In this document: piece after piece, positions 1 through 10,529 of the stretch
Layout of the letters: each line of letters starts with the position of its first letter
Position numbering within the stretch: position 1 is the first letter of the stretch
Origin: Tetramitus jugosus
Lineage: Eukaryota; Protista; Heterolobosea
DNA: 64,000 nucleotides
Reading direction: 5' to 3'
Assembly (NCBI GenBank): GCA_937625935.1
Contig: OW569374.1
Coordinates: 310,001-374,000, forward strand
The notes under the pieces: model-generated
The model's database searches: none
Told to the model about the DNA's origin: nothing
What the model saw: only the letters and a program-made list of their open reading frames with translations
Made by a program: the position numbers and the translations under genes

Positions 1-2662
1 AAGTACACTTATTTGTTTCAGTACAGTTACCCCTGCCCGAGCAAACCATAGGATCAATATCCATCAAATTAGAGCACACTCTTCGTTCAATTCCATACAT
101 CACAGTAGGTGCTAAAGTGTATTCCCTCTTATCTTGAGAGATTATGGTACTAGAAAACCTACCAACAGCAGAACCGAGAGCAACTCCTCTGCCAGTGTGC
201 GTTGTAAAAACAATTGCACCTTCTGAATAGGACATTCTAACCACTCGTTCGTTGTCCCAAATGGTCGAGTTGACACGAACGGGATATGGACCAACATTTA
301 TCGGACCCGTTGGTCCAAAGAAACCACCCATGTAGACAACACCATTACTATCCAAGAAATAAGAAAAATAACCACTAGCTACAACTTGAATGAGCTTTGC
401 CTTGTTCATATCTGGACCTTTTTCTAACTTGACTGGAAGCAATTGAGGTATGAGTGAGTCAGGACGAAGCCCATAGTATCCGTTGACGATGAAACCAAAC
501 CCATATAGATCATTATTTATCATGATGCAGATCGTTTGACTTGAGGCTGAATACGCAGTATTCGAACCACTACTGCAAGTCACAACATTTGACAAAATTG
601 GTCTGTAGTCAGAAATGTTGGTATTCAAGATCCCCAAACCAAGAACACCATCCCGATCCAAACCCAGTCCATAAAGAGTGCCATTGCTGATTATGAACGA
701 ATACTCTTCTTCTACAAGACCCCAAGTAATGGTTCCAAAGTCATCGATTTCTTTGTACCCATAAGTGCTGTTGTAAATACCTGCATTGATGCCCTGACTG
801 TGAATGAAATTTCCCACAAGTATGTTATTAGTGTATGAAATACTAACGTAGTTTCCTACAAAATTCGATACACCTGAGGGAGTGAACGACGCGGGTGTGG
901 GCTGTGTTGTTGTGTGAGTTCCATTTGGTATTTCTGAACCATAAGCAAATATCTTTGAATCCTCTGTAGTAAACATGGCGAATTTTGAACCTCCAGAAAC
1001 GGCCAGAGGAAGAAATAACTCAGAGGAAGAGAGAGAGCTTGATGACACGGCTGTTCCTGACATTGAGCCTGAAATAGAGACTGATCTAGAGCTTCTCTCA
1101 GTACAAGTTACTCCCTTCCACTCAGACTTGCATCGAAAACATGAATCACCTCCGTAGCAGAGATCACAGTTGGTCATACAAGAATATTGACATGCTACTC
1201 CATACTTTCCTGACTTGCATGTAGCGCATACACTAGGGGTAATGCAGGAAGAGCACGAAGATGGACAGATTGGTGTCTCACATCTCGTTCCATTCCAACC
1301 TTCCAGGCATGCACAAACATTAGGAGATGTGCATACTTGATGAAACCCAGAGCAATCGTTGCAATTTGGCGTGAGGCAGTTCAAGTTAGTATCACTCCAT
1401 CCAATCTCACATGATTCACACGATCCATCCATTGAACACGTTCTACAATTACCTGGACAAGAAAGAGCACAATCTTGTCCGTAGAATCCATCCTTGCAGA
1501 TACTGCAGATCCCTTTTGAACATGATAAACAACTCCCAATACAGCTTCTTTGTATTGAAAACAACGGAGAATCAACAATACTGTTTCCACCAAACAAAAA
1601 GCGCACAACGTAGTCCGAGGCTTCGGGGACTTGATGAATTTTCCATGAAACGGACGTATAAATCTTAACGAATCCGCTAGCTATGAAAACTATCGAATTT
1701 GGATATGTGGGGGACAATAGTCTGGCTTCGAATGAACTTGAACACGTATACAACTCGACGAACAAATACCCATTATCTAACACCACAGGCTTAGAGATGG
1801 AGACTCTTTCAGGTAGTAATAACCGATCTTGAATAATTGTAAGGTAACTTCCAATTCCAGGAGGGCCATAAGAATTGAGAAATTTGGGGTTTCCGTTATG
1901 ATAGTATCCAGATGCCTCAAGAGGTAAAGTGGTCACAAAATCGACATAGAAACATGCAGAGTAGTAACAATTGGACGCTGTCACAAATCTGGTATTGTAT
2001 GGAACGTATTGATCAACCATGGAGCGATAGATAGAATTTCCAGTTCTAGGAGAACCGAAATTGGTATGCATGATGCGAGATCCCAGTCCATAAGAAAAAT
2101 AACTAAGATAGAACGCACAAATATTCGCAACAGAACCACCTTTAGAATGGCCAGTAATCAATACTTTTGAGTCGAATGACCTGTACGCATATCTGGATAT
2201 AAAGTTGAGAATTGCCTCTTGATGATTGATAAATTCCCTGTAAAAACCACGATGAACCTTTAGCCCACTATTATACGGAAGACCACCCATTGGAACGAGA
2301 CTTGCATCAGAGTAAATGCTACTACTGATCTTGGCTCCACGGAACACAATAGCAATGTTGCCATCAATCATATTCTCAAAGAAACCAACCTCCTCGTGCC
2401 AAGTGGGAATGTGTACTCTTTTCCACATGCCAATTTCGCACGGAAGAGGTAAACTCATATCATTCACATAGCTTGAGAGCATAGCTGCTTGCAACTCCAA
2501 CTTTGAAAAGTAACCATCGTAATAACGGTTCTCCCACAAGACTGATCTCTTGTCGTGCACGCTTGTATCATTGTTGGTGAGGACAAAAGAGGATCCATCA
2601 GTACATGACACACCCCACACTGCCAATAACAGGACTAGCAGTAGCAACAACCTTGAAAACAT
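1..2662 (-). CDS. Secreted/surface protein: signal peptide + class-3 lipase-like domain + Cys-rich EGF/furin-like repeats + RCC1-like repeats + EGF repeat; 3' end lies outside the window
   Basis: Not in the ORF track because it has no stop in the window. Hand translation from ATG 2662 is open for 887 codons to position 2: MFSRLLLLLVLLLAVWGVSC (signal peptide), IAIVFRG, KVHRGF, LITGHSKGG, FGSPRTG, DFVTTLP, GYYHNG (lipase_3 motifs), CKDGFYGQDC and CLEGWNGTRC (EGF-like), LYGLGLDRDGVLGLG (RCC1-like), DPMVCSGRGNCTETNKC (EGF). Confidence 0.85.
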   Translation of the reverse strand, partial: MFSRLLLLLVLLLAVWGVSCTDGSSFVLTNNDTSVHDKRSVLWENRYYDGYFSKLELQAAMLSSYVNDMSLPLPCEIGMWKRVHIPTWHEEVGFFENMIDGNIAIVFRGAKISSSIYSDASLVPMGGLPYNSGLKVHRGFYREFINHQEAILNFISRYAYRSFDSKVLITGHSKGGSVANICAFYLSYFSYGLGSRIMHTNFGSPRTGNSIYRSMVDQYVPYNTRFVTASNCYYSACFYVDFVTTLPLEASGYYHNGNPKFLNSYGPPGIGSYLTIIQDRLLLPERVSISKPVVLDNGYLFVELYTCSSSFEARLLSPTYPNSIVFIASGFVKIYTSVSWKIHQVPEASDYVVRFLFGGNSIVDSPLFSIQRSCIGSCLSCSKGICSICKDGFYGQDCALSCPGNCRTCSMDGSCESCEIGWSDTNLNCLTPNCNDCSGFHQVCTSPNVCACLEGWNGTRCETPICPSSCSSCITPSVCATCKSGKYGVACQYSCMTNCDLCYGGDSCFRCKSEWKGVTCTERSSRSVSISGSMSGTAVSSSSLSSSELFLPLAVSGGSKFAMFTTEDSKIFAYGSEIPNGTHTTTQPTPASFTPSGVSNFVGNYVSISYTNNILVGNFIHSQGINAGIYNSTYGYKEIDDFGTITWGLVEEEYSFIISNGTLYGLGLDRDGVLGLGILNTNISDYRPILSNVVTCSSGSNTAYSASSQTICIMINNDLYGFGFIVNGYYGLRPDSLIPQLLPVKLEKGPDMNKAKLIQVVASGYFSYFLDSNGVVYMGGFFGPTGPINVGPYPVRVNSTIWDNERVVRMSYSEGAIVFTTHTGRGVALGSAVGRFSSTIISQDKREYTLAPTVMYGIERRVCSNLMDIDPMVCSGRGNCTETNKCT

Positions 2663-2793
2663 AGGAAGAACTCTTGTTGTTTGCACTTATTGACTAATTT
2701 GTTGTTTGCATAAAAGGGAAGAATGAAGTGTGTCAAAAGCAAAACTCCGCCAAAGGAGAGAGCAAGTTATGGGAACGAAAAACAGTATTTTAT

Positions 2794-3711
2794 CTACAAC
2801 TCCTTGGTTTCGGCCAATGAAAACCATAGTGCCTTCTTCCTATGCTCTGTGATATCTGACATTGCCAAACACTTGGTTGGATCTTCTAGGTATAGCTTCA
2901 CTGCTTTTTGGATCTCCGTCTGCACGTTATTCAAGTGAGTGAATGAGAAATATTCGTCCAAGTCCGTCCATTTACACAAGGATATTTCCCTATAATCAGG
3001 GTTCGGTTCGGCGAGGACACTGTCATCCTTTGGCTTCAACAAGCACACAAAATAGAAATCAGACTTTGCAAATCTAAAATTGTGCATATGTCTGAATCCC
3101 AACATGGCCACAAACTCTGACTCAATACCAGTCTCTTCTCTCACCTCTCTGATTGCTGCTTCACTGATCGCCTCATCAGGATCATCCAACTGCCCACCAG
3201 GAATCTTCCATGGTGGTAATTCTCCCACCTGTGTCTTCTTCCTTCGATGTTCGCCCCAAGCAAACTTCTCTGTAATGAGCAACACCTTTTTGCGTGCAAT
3301 ATCAATCACACAACCACCAGCACCGATATAGTGCTGACAAAATCGAGGCAATGCACCTGGGTCCCTCAACGGGTCAGGCAGCCATCTCGTCATAAACACG
3401 CAATCAGGCTCCGTATGATGAAACTCAAACTTTTGCTCAGCCAGAATCGGAATCAGATGCGATTGAGAAATGTGAATGGAGATCCAGACACCACGAACAC
3501 TTGTTTCCACCCAATGAGCAATCGATTTTTCAAGTGCACCTCTAAATGCTTCCACTTGATGGATCAACCCTCGATTGGCACAACTTTCATCTTTGATTGA
3601 CTTGCAGAGATCGATTGTGATACCGTGATACATGTCCTTGAGTCCGATGAGGACACCTTCTGGTTGTTGTTTCTGGTTACTACTACTGCAACTACTACTT
3701 TGCTTGGTCAT
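2794..3711 (-). CDS. Nudix hydrolase, NUDT6 / plant NUDT2-8-like
   Basis: Nudix box GGQLDDPDEAISEAAIREVREETG, plus RGVWI, FEFHH, WLP and HYIGAGG of the NUDT6-type N-domain. Likely start is ATG 3711 (MTKQSS). Confidence 0.88.
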   Translation of the reverse strand: MTKQSSSCSSSNQKQQPEGVLIGLKDMYHGITIDLCKSIKDESCANRGLIHQVEAFRGALEKSIAHWVETSVRGVWISIHISQSHLIPILAEQKFEFHHTEPDCVFMTRWLPDPLRDPGALPRFCQHYIGAGGCVIDIARKKVLLITEKFAWGEHRRKKTQVGELPPWKIPGGQLDDPDEAISEAAIREVREETGIESEFVAMLGFRHMHNFRFAKSDFYFVCLLKPKDDSVLAEPNPDYREISLCKWTDLDEYFSFTHLNNVQTEIQKAVKLYLEDPTKCLAMSDITEHRKKALWFSLAETKEL

Positions 3712-3913
3712 GATGGTCAGCAAGCAATATACTAATTTTGTGTTTTTTGTTGTTTGCTTGCGAAAGTAAATTCTCTCAATTATCTCTCTGATGTGGTGGT
3801 TCCTTGGTTTGAGAACTCTGAATTCTTCCTTGGAGAATTTCACAGGTGATCGTTGGAAGGGAGAACGGGGAAATTTCACAGAAAAAAAGTGGGAATGCAA
3901 TTTACAGCAACTG

Positions 3914-5566
3914 ATGGAGATTTCTCTCTCAGAAATGGAAGAAGACCATGAACAGAGATTTTCCAGAATGAGTACAAGGTCAGAGAGCAGCAGTGTAATC
4001 TCTGCCTCAGGACCGGTCTCATCACTCTCTAATCGCTCTTCTATCTTCTTAACTGAAGTTGATAGCAGACCCGTGTCATCTCAGTCCTTTGTTTATGCTC
4101 CACTTTCAGAGCCACTCGATCCAGCAAAACCTCAAACAGTATTGAATTGTAGTTATCCAGTAGATTTTGATGGAGATGATCCTCCTCCTTTTCCCCGAGT
4201 TCCACAGTTGACTCCTTCATTCATTCTGAAGAAGACTGTGAATAGATACCTTCCAGAAGTTAATGTGCAGAAGAATGAAACACAAAGGAAACAAACACTA
4301 CAATTTAAGAGTATTTATCAATCTAGAGCAGCTCAAGATTTTGTTCTAGATACTTTCTGGTGGCTCTTTATTCAATTGTTCGGTGATCTGTATCTTCGGT
4401 CCAGAGCGAAAGTGATCTACGGTATCCAAAGAGATGAATCAAATGGCATACACTGGAATGAGTTATCCATACGAACAGAGAGTAGTCATTCTCTATCCTT
4501 CTTAATGAATAGTACTATCAATGAACTCCATCCAAAGGTAGGTCGTTGGATTGATTCCAATAAGAAACGATTATGCAATGACCAACGAAAAATATTCTCT
4601 CGTCTAGCTAGAAACTACTCTGAAATTACAGCTAATATTCTGGGTGTGTATCGAAGTAAGATTGACCACTCAAGGAAGACTCGGAATGCAAAATCTACAG
4701 CTAAACATGATATTTTGGTTCCAAAGATTATGAGTTTTGCTGCTGCTTTATCTTTTTCACATTGCTTTCCTGAATCAACAGCTCTAATAGAAACCGATGA
4801 TTTTCGGAGTAAGGTCTCTCAGCATGTCATGTCCTGGTTTTATGGAGATCATTACTCGTTTCTGGTAAAGAACATTTTATCAGATGACATTACTATGACA
4901 CCACGAGAGTGTGACACAAGGGAGGATCTCTTGAAACCAGTTGTTGATGCAATGATATTTATCCACGGAACAAAGAACGAGGTTGATCAGAACAGTGTTT
5001 CGATTGAAGTTGAAGAACAACTTCGGCGGCTCCAGGACAGAATTGAAGAAATGGACAAAGGAGCTTTCGGTTCTTTGAAACATCAGCTGGAATCTCATAA
5101 GCAAGAGTCGATCCAAAAATACAAGGATTGGAGAGAAGAATACAAGGTAGAGTGTCAAAGAAGAGTAGGAAATGGACAAATGACCATCCATGACTACAAT
5201 GAGCTATTTGGAATGGACCAAGAACAAGATGATGAGTATGATGACGACTATCGAAACGACGAAGAGTTGGAAAATGAAATGGATCGTCATCGAAAGTTGT
5301 TTGCCTTCAGAGGTGATTACTCCATGCTTACCTCCCATTCACGAAAAGAGAATCTATCATATACCACTCCTACCCTCAAGATATTTAGTAACCAATCGAG
5401 CAACCACACACGAGTTCATCTATCCTCCTGCTTTAACCAATCTCCTTTGATGAAAAGATACGTTAGTGATCTCCGAATGGAGAGCGTTTTATCGAAAAGA
5501 AAGAGAACCAAGAAACCAAGCCTCCCAATTCCAAAAGATTTCAAGTACGAACCAGTAAACTTCTAA
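3914..5566 (+). CDS. FAM227-like protein (FWWh domain)
   Basis: DFVLDTFWWLF motif, later IFSRLARNY and SPLMKRY, reminiscent of FAM227A/B. Start ATG 3914 inferred. Confidence 0.6.
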   Translation: MEISLSEMEEDHEQRFSRMSTRSESSSVISASGPVSSLSNRSSIFLTEVDSRPVSSQSFVYAPLSEPLDPAKPQTVLNCSYPVDFDGDDPPPFPRVPQLTPSFILKKTVNRYLPEVNVQKNETQRKQTLQFKSIYQSRAAQDFVLDTFWWLFIQLFGDLYLRSRAKVIYGIQRDESNGIHWNELSIRTESSHSLSFLMNSTINELHPKVGRWIDSNKKRLCNDQRKIFSRLARNYSEITANILGVYRSKIDHSRKTRNAKSTAKHDILVPKIMSFAAALSFSHCFPESTALIETDDFRSKVSQHVMSWFYGDHYSFLVKNILSDDITMTPRECDTREDLLKPVVDAMIFIHGTKNEVDQNSVSIEVEEQLRRLQDRIEEMDKGAFGSLKHQLESHKQESIQKYKDWREEYKVECQRRVGNGQMTIHDYNELFGMDQEQDDEYDDDYRNDEELENEMDRHRKLFAFRGDYSMLTSHSRKENLSYTTPTLKIFSNQSSNHTRVHLSSCFNQSPLMKRYVSDLRMESVLSKRKRTKKPSLPIPKDFKYEPVNF

Positions 5567-5735
5567 CAGTAATTTTGCTCGTGGTGCCATAAGGTCATTT
5601 GCTCCAAAATAAGACCAATGAGAAGACCTATTTCCCGAAACATTGAAATCGATTCCTCAAAAGCAACGTGAAACTTTCGAAAACCAACCCTGTCTGTCGA
5701 AGAAGAATTCAAACATAAACAACAACACAACATAA

Positions 5736-7340
5736 ATGATGGAAAGGTCGACCACTCGTTTATTCTTCTCCTGGAGAGAGAGAAAAGTATTGATATTGTT
5801 CGTCGCCCTACTCTCAGTCTCCTTTCTCTTTCTCGTGTTCAAGGCCAACGAACTTAAGCATGACTACAAAACAGGTACTGCCTCTGATCCTCATCAAATC
5901 ATGATTGGCGAACAAGATATCATCTTGAGTTATCCACCAACGACTACCATAAATGCAAGTAGTATCGGTGGTTTGAATAGAGGTGATAAGGGTGTTAATA
6001 GTCGTCGCCATAGCTACAACATGGTTTCTTCATCCATATACGTCATGCCTGATCGTTCAATGATGACAAAGACTTCAAAACATGTGTTTATTCTGTCAGT
6101 CTATGACGCTGCTTCCTATATTGACTTAATGAACAACGTACCATGCATTCAACGAAAAATGAGTCAATTGAAAGACAATGAGAAGACTGTGTTGATTATA
6201 TATGGACTGAACAGCAAGAAAAATTTGATTGAAGACTTGCAGACGATAAAATACTTTGATTTTATTCGGCTAGAGGTAAAGGAGTCTGTTCACTCTCTCG
6301 TAGAAACACAGGAAGGACGTCGAACACTACAGACACAGATTATTAGTGATGTGAAGAGTCGATTTGAGAGATCTTTTATCAAAATAGAGATTCAGAACGA
6401 ACAATATGTGTTTAGCAATACTGCATTGATGTCTTTTTTGTCTCTGACAACGAATCAGTGCACAGAGTCTCGCGGTAGTGAGATATGGAGAAAGGATTTT
6501 GCGATGGTCATTCCTTTCCCGAAGAGTCAAATTCCTGCTCTTCTGGAACAATTGGAAAGATGGAGATTGTACAAGCCTTGCGTAGGAGAGCCCAAAATCT
6601 ATAAGAAGAAGACGGATTTGATCTTTTACTTCCACAGGAACAAGGACTTGTCTATGCAAAAACAAATTATGAGTGCTCTGACAACGACAGGTACGATCAA
6701 TGGTCCACTTAGACCAGAACTAGAGTGTTTTAACTCTGAAATTCAATTCTGGTACTCTCACTTGCTCCAAGATGAGGACTCCTATCCAATGTCAGCCAAT
6801 CACATGTTCTATCGATTGCTGTTCAGCAATAAGCTCTACACTCAGTATCAGTCCTTCTTCTATGCCGAACCAGATACATTCCCGATTCAAAATGGATGGC
6901 TCACAAGAGTCTTGAACCAAGCATACATGACTGACTCCTCATGGTGGATCAGCGGCTCAATCTTCAGAGGAAAGCTCTCTTATGTGAATGATGGTAAAGC
7001 TGAAGATGATCCATCGGGAGGCAGTTTAGACACTCTGTCCAACAATATTCACATCAATGGCAACGCTCTATATAATACGGTCAATACGTTCAGAGATTTT
7101 GTGACACGAATCAGAGAATCCATTCCAAATTATCCTTATGATGCTGCTCCACAAGAGTATCTCTTCAAATTTGGTTGGAGATACACCAGGGAGGTGTGGC
7201 ACCATTTCCACTTTAGTGACTTCATACAGAACATATGGAAGACAGATTGGAACGAAGAAGATGTTGCTCGTCGCTATCCAGACACCTACCTGGTTCACGG
7301 CAAGCAGCACGAAACTTCCAAGTCAAAGCCCGCCACCTAA
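5736..7340 (+). CDS. Type II membrane protein, putative glycosyltransferase-like luminal domain
   Basis: N-terminal anchor VLILFVALLSVSFLFLVF, stem region, then FFYAEPDTFP (DxD-like EPD), GWL, WWISGS, HINGNALY and YLVHG motifs. Confidence 0.6.
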   Translation: MMERSTTRLFFSWRERKVLILFVALLSVSFLFLVFKANELKHDYKTGTASDPHQIMIGEQDIILSYPPTTTINASSIGGLNRGDKGVNSRRHSYNMVSSSIYVMPDRSMMTKTSKHVFILSVYDAASYIDLMNNVPCIQRKMSQLKDNEKTVLIIYGLNSKKNLIEDLQTIKYFDFIRLEVKESVHSLVETQEGRRTLQTQIISDVKSRFERSFIKIEIQNEQYVFSNTALMSFLSLTTNQCTESRGSEIWRKDFAMVIPFPKSQIPALLEQLERWRLYKPCVGEPKIYKKKTDLIFYFHRNKDLSMQKQIMSALTTTGTINGPLRPELECFNSEIQFWYSHLLQDEDSYPMSANHMFYRLLFSNKLYTQYQSFFYAEPDTFPIQNGWLTRVLNQAYMTDSSWWISGSIFRGKLSYVNDGKAEDDPSGGSLDTLSNNIHINGNALYNTVNTFRDFVTRIRESIPNYPYDAAPQEYLFKFGWRYTREVWHHFHFSDFIQNIWKTDWNEEDVARRYPDTYLVHGKQHETSKSKPAT

Positions 7341-7445
7341 AAAACCCGCCGAAAATGCAATCGTAGATCGCGAAAATAAACCAGAAAAGCGAAAAGCAAA
7401 CCAAGGTTGGAAGCAGACCACTGTACACGCAGATCAAAAACAACA

Positions 7446-8534
7446 ATGAACACAACGAATCAACCAAACATTATTGAACACGCACGAAAATCACTCAACT
7501 GGACTGTTCAAGATGTGAAATGGATACCGAATGCCGCAAGCTTTGTCTCTCTAGGATCATATGCCAGAGGCACTGGCACCATTCAAGTGTACAAGCTTTC
7601 ATTCGATGATCAAAACAGCAAGACCCAACTAGAGAAAACACTTGAAGTGCCAGAACAGGAGCACGCTCTCAAATGTGGTACATTTGACTTTAACACATCG
7701 CTCAATGATTGCTCTCAGGTGGCCTGTGGTGACGTGATGGGTAATTTGAGTGTTTTTGACTTGAATAGAGGTGGATCCAAGGTCTATAGCATCAAGAATG
7801 CGCATTCTTCGTTGATTAACCAGATTGATGGTGCTGGTTTAATGGGAAAGGGTGCTCCAGAGCTCATTACTGCCAGCAGAGATGGTTCAGTCAAGATTTG
7901 GGACGTTAGACAACGAGATCGACCTGTGGTGTCACTGGAACCTGATGATGGCGAAACAGTGAGAGACTGTTGGGCATGTTGTCTCGGCAATTCTTACAAT
8001 GATGAGGAGCGTGTCGCAGTGGCTGGCTATGAGAATGGAGATGTCAAGATTTTTGATTTGAGAATGAATGCATTGAGATGGGAGACCAATGTACGGAACG
8101 GTGTCTGTTCGTTGCAGTTTGATCGATCAGACATTGAGATGAACAAGTTGTTGGCCACGACACTCGAAGGACGTTTCTACATTTTTGACATGAGAACGTT
8201 CAACAATGAAACAGGTTACGCACACATGTCACACAAGGAACATTCATCTACAGTCTGGTGCGGAAAGCATTTGCCTCAGAATAGAGAAGTGTTTGTGACG
8301 ACTGGTGGCTCCGGTTCACTGTACCTCTACAAGTACTCCTATCCTGCACAGAGAAGCGTTGGCAATCCACCAAAGGGTGTGGCTGGAACTGTGAATTTAC
8401 TCAGCAAGGCAACCATGAGCACACAACCCATCCCATCACTCGATTGGCACAGAGAAAAGACTGGATTGGCAGTCATGGCATCGTTTGATCAGTGCATTCG
8501 GGTTGCTTTTGTCACCAAACTAAACAAGATTTAG
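7446..8534 (+). CDS. WDR92: WD40 protein WDR92/DNAAF10 (axonemal dynein assembly, R2TP-associated)
   Basis: DVKWIP, GAPELITASRDGSVKIWDVRQ, AGYENGDVKIFDLR, STVW..HLPQNRE, FDQCIRVAFVTKLN match the family. ATG 7446. Confidence 0.95.
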   Translation: MNTTNQPNIIEHARKSLNWTVQDVKWIPNAASFVSLGSYARGTGTIQVYKLSFDDQNSKTQLEKTLEVPEQEHALKCGTFDFNTSLNDCSQVACGDVMGNLSVFDLNRGGSKVYSIKNAHSSLINQIDGAGLMGKGAPELITASRDGSVKIWDVRQRDRPVVSLEPDDGETVRDCWACCLGNSYNDEERVAVAGYENGDVKIFDLRMNALRWETNVRNGVCSLQFDRSDIEMNKLLATTLEGRFYIFDMRTFNNETGYAHMSHKEHSSTVWCGKHLPQNREVFVTTGGSGSLYLYKYSYPAQRSVGNPPKGVAGTVNLLSKATMSTQPIPSLDWHREKTGLAVMASFDQCIRVAFVTKLNKI

Positions 8535-8729
8535 AGCTCTGATTCTTTTATGAATTTTTCAAATGTTTTTTTTATTCTTTTTATAATTAACAAAGAGTGT
8601 TGTTGTTGTTTTGGGTTATTATATATAATTATTATATATAATCATAACCAAGTGGGGAGTTGTGTGCGCTATGTACATCATTTTTGGAGTAAAAACCTAA
8701 GTGGAGTATAACAAGTGTTTGTTTCGAAC

Positions 8730-9059
8730 TTAGTTTCCGAAACCGTACAAAGTTCTTCCCTGTCTCTTCAATGCATAGACAACATCAGTGGCAGTCACAG
8801 TCTTTCTTCTAGCGTGTTCAGTGTAAGTCACAGCATCTCTGACAACATTTTCCAAGAAGGTTCTCAAGACAGTTCTAGATTCATCATAGATCAAACCAGA
8901 AATTCTCTTGACACCACCTCTTCTTGCCAATCTTCTGATAGCTGGCTTTGTGATACCTTGAATGTTATCTCTGAGCACCTTCTTGTGTCTCTTGGCTCCC
9001 TTACCAAGACCCTTTCCACCCTTACCACCGCCTTTTCCTCTTCCGCCTCCAGTGACCAT
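8730..9059 (-). CDS. H4: Histone H4 with a divergent N-terminal tail
   Basis: [36 protein letters not shown]...[14 protein letters not shown]. Strong AGA/AAG/GGT codon bias. Confidence 0.99.
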   Translation of the reverse strand: MVTGGGRGKGGGKGGKGLGKGAKRHKKVLRDNIQGITKPAIRRLARRGGVKRISGLIYDESRTVLRTFLENVVRDAVTYTEHARRKTVTATDVVYALKRQGRTLYGFGN

Positions 9060-9212
9060 TTTGTTCTCGTGTTATGTGTTGTTTTGTTGATAAAATTGAT
9101 GTTTCGACTCGTTAGTCTTTTGCTTTTGTTTTTCTTTGTGTTGTTGGAAGAAGTTTTTGGAATTGATAAAGCAGCTAAATAGCTGCCATGAATTTCGTGT
9201 AACGACGAGAAG

Positions 9213-9226
9213 AGGGGGTACCCCCT
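9213..9226. promoter_or_regulatory. Perfect 14-bp palindrome AGGGGGTACCCCCT upstream of H4
   Basis: Seen directly, about 155-165 bp upstream of the H4 ATG. Regulatory function is inference. Confidence 0.35.
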
Positions 9227-9367
9227 ACGAGAGAAAAATCCAGGCTTCGATCAAATTCTCGAACTGAAGACTCGGGGAAATAGTTCGATCGGAAGTACTG
9301 TTACAAAATCCGTTTACAATTGAAATGTGGAAAAGAATCCTTGCAGTTTATTGTCACTTTTATACAA

Positions 9368-10260
9368 TTAGAGGATGGAACAGTTGAAACTGGAGTTACT
9401 CTGTTGTTGTTCCTTTGGTTGGTCATCTTGTGTCAAGGATGACCGATGATGATCTTGATGCTCTTTCCGCAGCAGCTCTTTGCTCTCAATTTTATTGACT
9501 TCTTCGACCACTGCAGAGAAAGCTTCATTGACATTCAAGTGTTCCTTTGCAGATGTGAAGAAATGAGGGCAACTGTACCTTGAAACAAGTTCTTGCACAG
9601 CAGGTGGGATCTCATTGGCTCTTCCATTGTTCTTTGCATGCAAATCACTCTTGTTTCCACAAATGACCAATGCAAATATCTCACCGTCCTTTGCACGCTC
9701 AATATCAAGCATGTACTTTTGTAAATCAAACAATGAATTGGAGTTTGTCAAGTCATAAACAATCATAAATGCGTTGCATTCCTTGATGCATTGTGATCTG
9801 ATGGATTCGTACTCTAATGTGTAGTTGGTTAGCTTTTGTCAACTGATCAATTTCCTGTGTGGAGCTTTTAGCTAAAATATGAAAGTGTATTGATACGAAA
9901 GAAAAAACTTACCATCTTGACCAGCTGTATCAGTTACTTCAAGTTCATAGTCAACATTATTGACACGTATCGTCTTTTTGTATGAATTGAGGATCGTTGG
10001 ATCATATTCGTCATGAAAAGCTCTGCGTGTTGTCGTCACAGTGATTCACACAAAAGAAATCAGTGTTAGCTCCCCACATTTACGTCCATAAAAAGCGCGC
10101 GCAAAGATGACGTGAATTTCAACAAGAAGAATCATCCGGGCTGTACGTACGAGTTCACAAATTGTTCAGTCAGCGAGGATTTTCCGACACCCCCACCACC
10201 GAGCATGACAATCTGTATTTTGGTATTGTTATTGTTGTTGTGTTCTGTGCTATCTTCCAT
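9368..10260 (-). CDS. Ras/Rap-family small GTPase, 3 exons (10260-10151, 10022-9913, 9813-9368)
   Basis: Spliced product has GGGGVGKS (G1), YDPTI (G2), DTAGQDEY (G3, across intron 2), NKSD (G4), SAK (G5) and C-terminal CSIL CaaX. Introns 10150-10023 (GTACGT..GCTAAC..CAG) and 9912-9814 (GTAAGT..GCTAAC..TAG). Confidence 0.95.
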
Positions 10261-10396
10261 GATGTTAATAGTGAATAAATGTGTGCGTTCGATACTTGGT
10301 TTTTTGAGAATGAGGGAGTTGGGAACACTTCAGAATTGCCCATCATCTCTGTTGATGCAAGCAACAGTTTGATTCGTGCTCCAAAAAAATCCTTTG

Positions 10397-10410
10397 TTTT
10401 GGCGCCAAAA
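10397..10410. promoter_or_regulatory. Palindromic E2F-type element TTTTGGCGCCAAAA in the divergent Ras/FERM promoter
   Basis: Matches the TTTSSCGC consensus on both strands, between ATG 10260 (-) and ATG 10530 (+). Confidence 0.4.
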
Positions 10411-10529
10411 AACAACCTATCAGACATCCCCATTCAACTGTCAAAATACCATTCGCCGATCGGGCTGTCAAAGTCGGTAATTGTGACAAAAACCACACAA
10501 ACAACAATTCAAACCCAAGCACACACAAC

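Noticed and set aside
975-1668. Short ORFs listed at 975-1668
   Set aside because: They lie inside the long minus-strand lipase-EGF gene; off-frame or antisense artefacts.
8618-8641. Histone 3' stem-loop or special repeat (TTATATATAA twice)
   Set aside because: Low-complexity AT sequence, not the conserved histone stem-loop.
8715-9182. 155-aa ORF antisense to histone H4
   Set aside because: Antisense shadow of a codon-biased conserved gene; GTG start.
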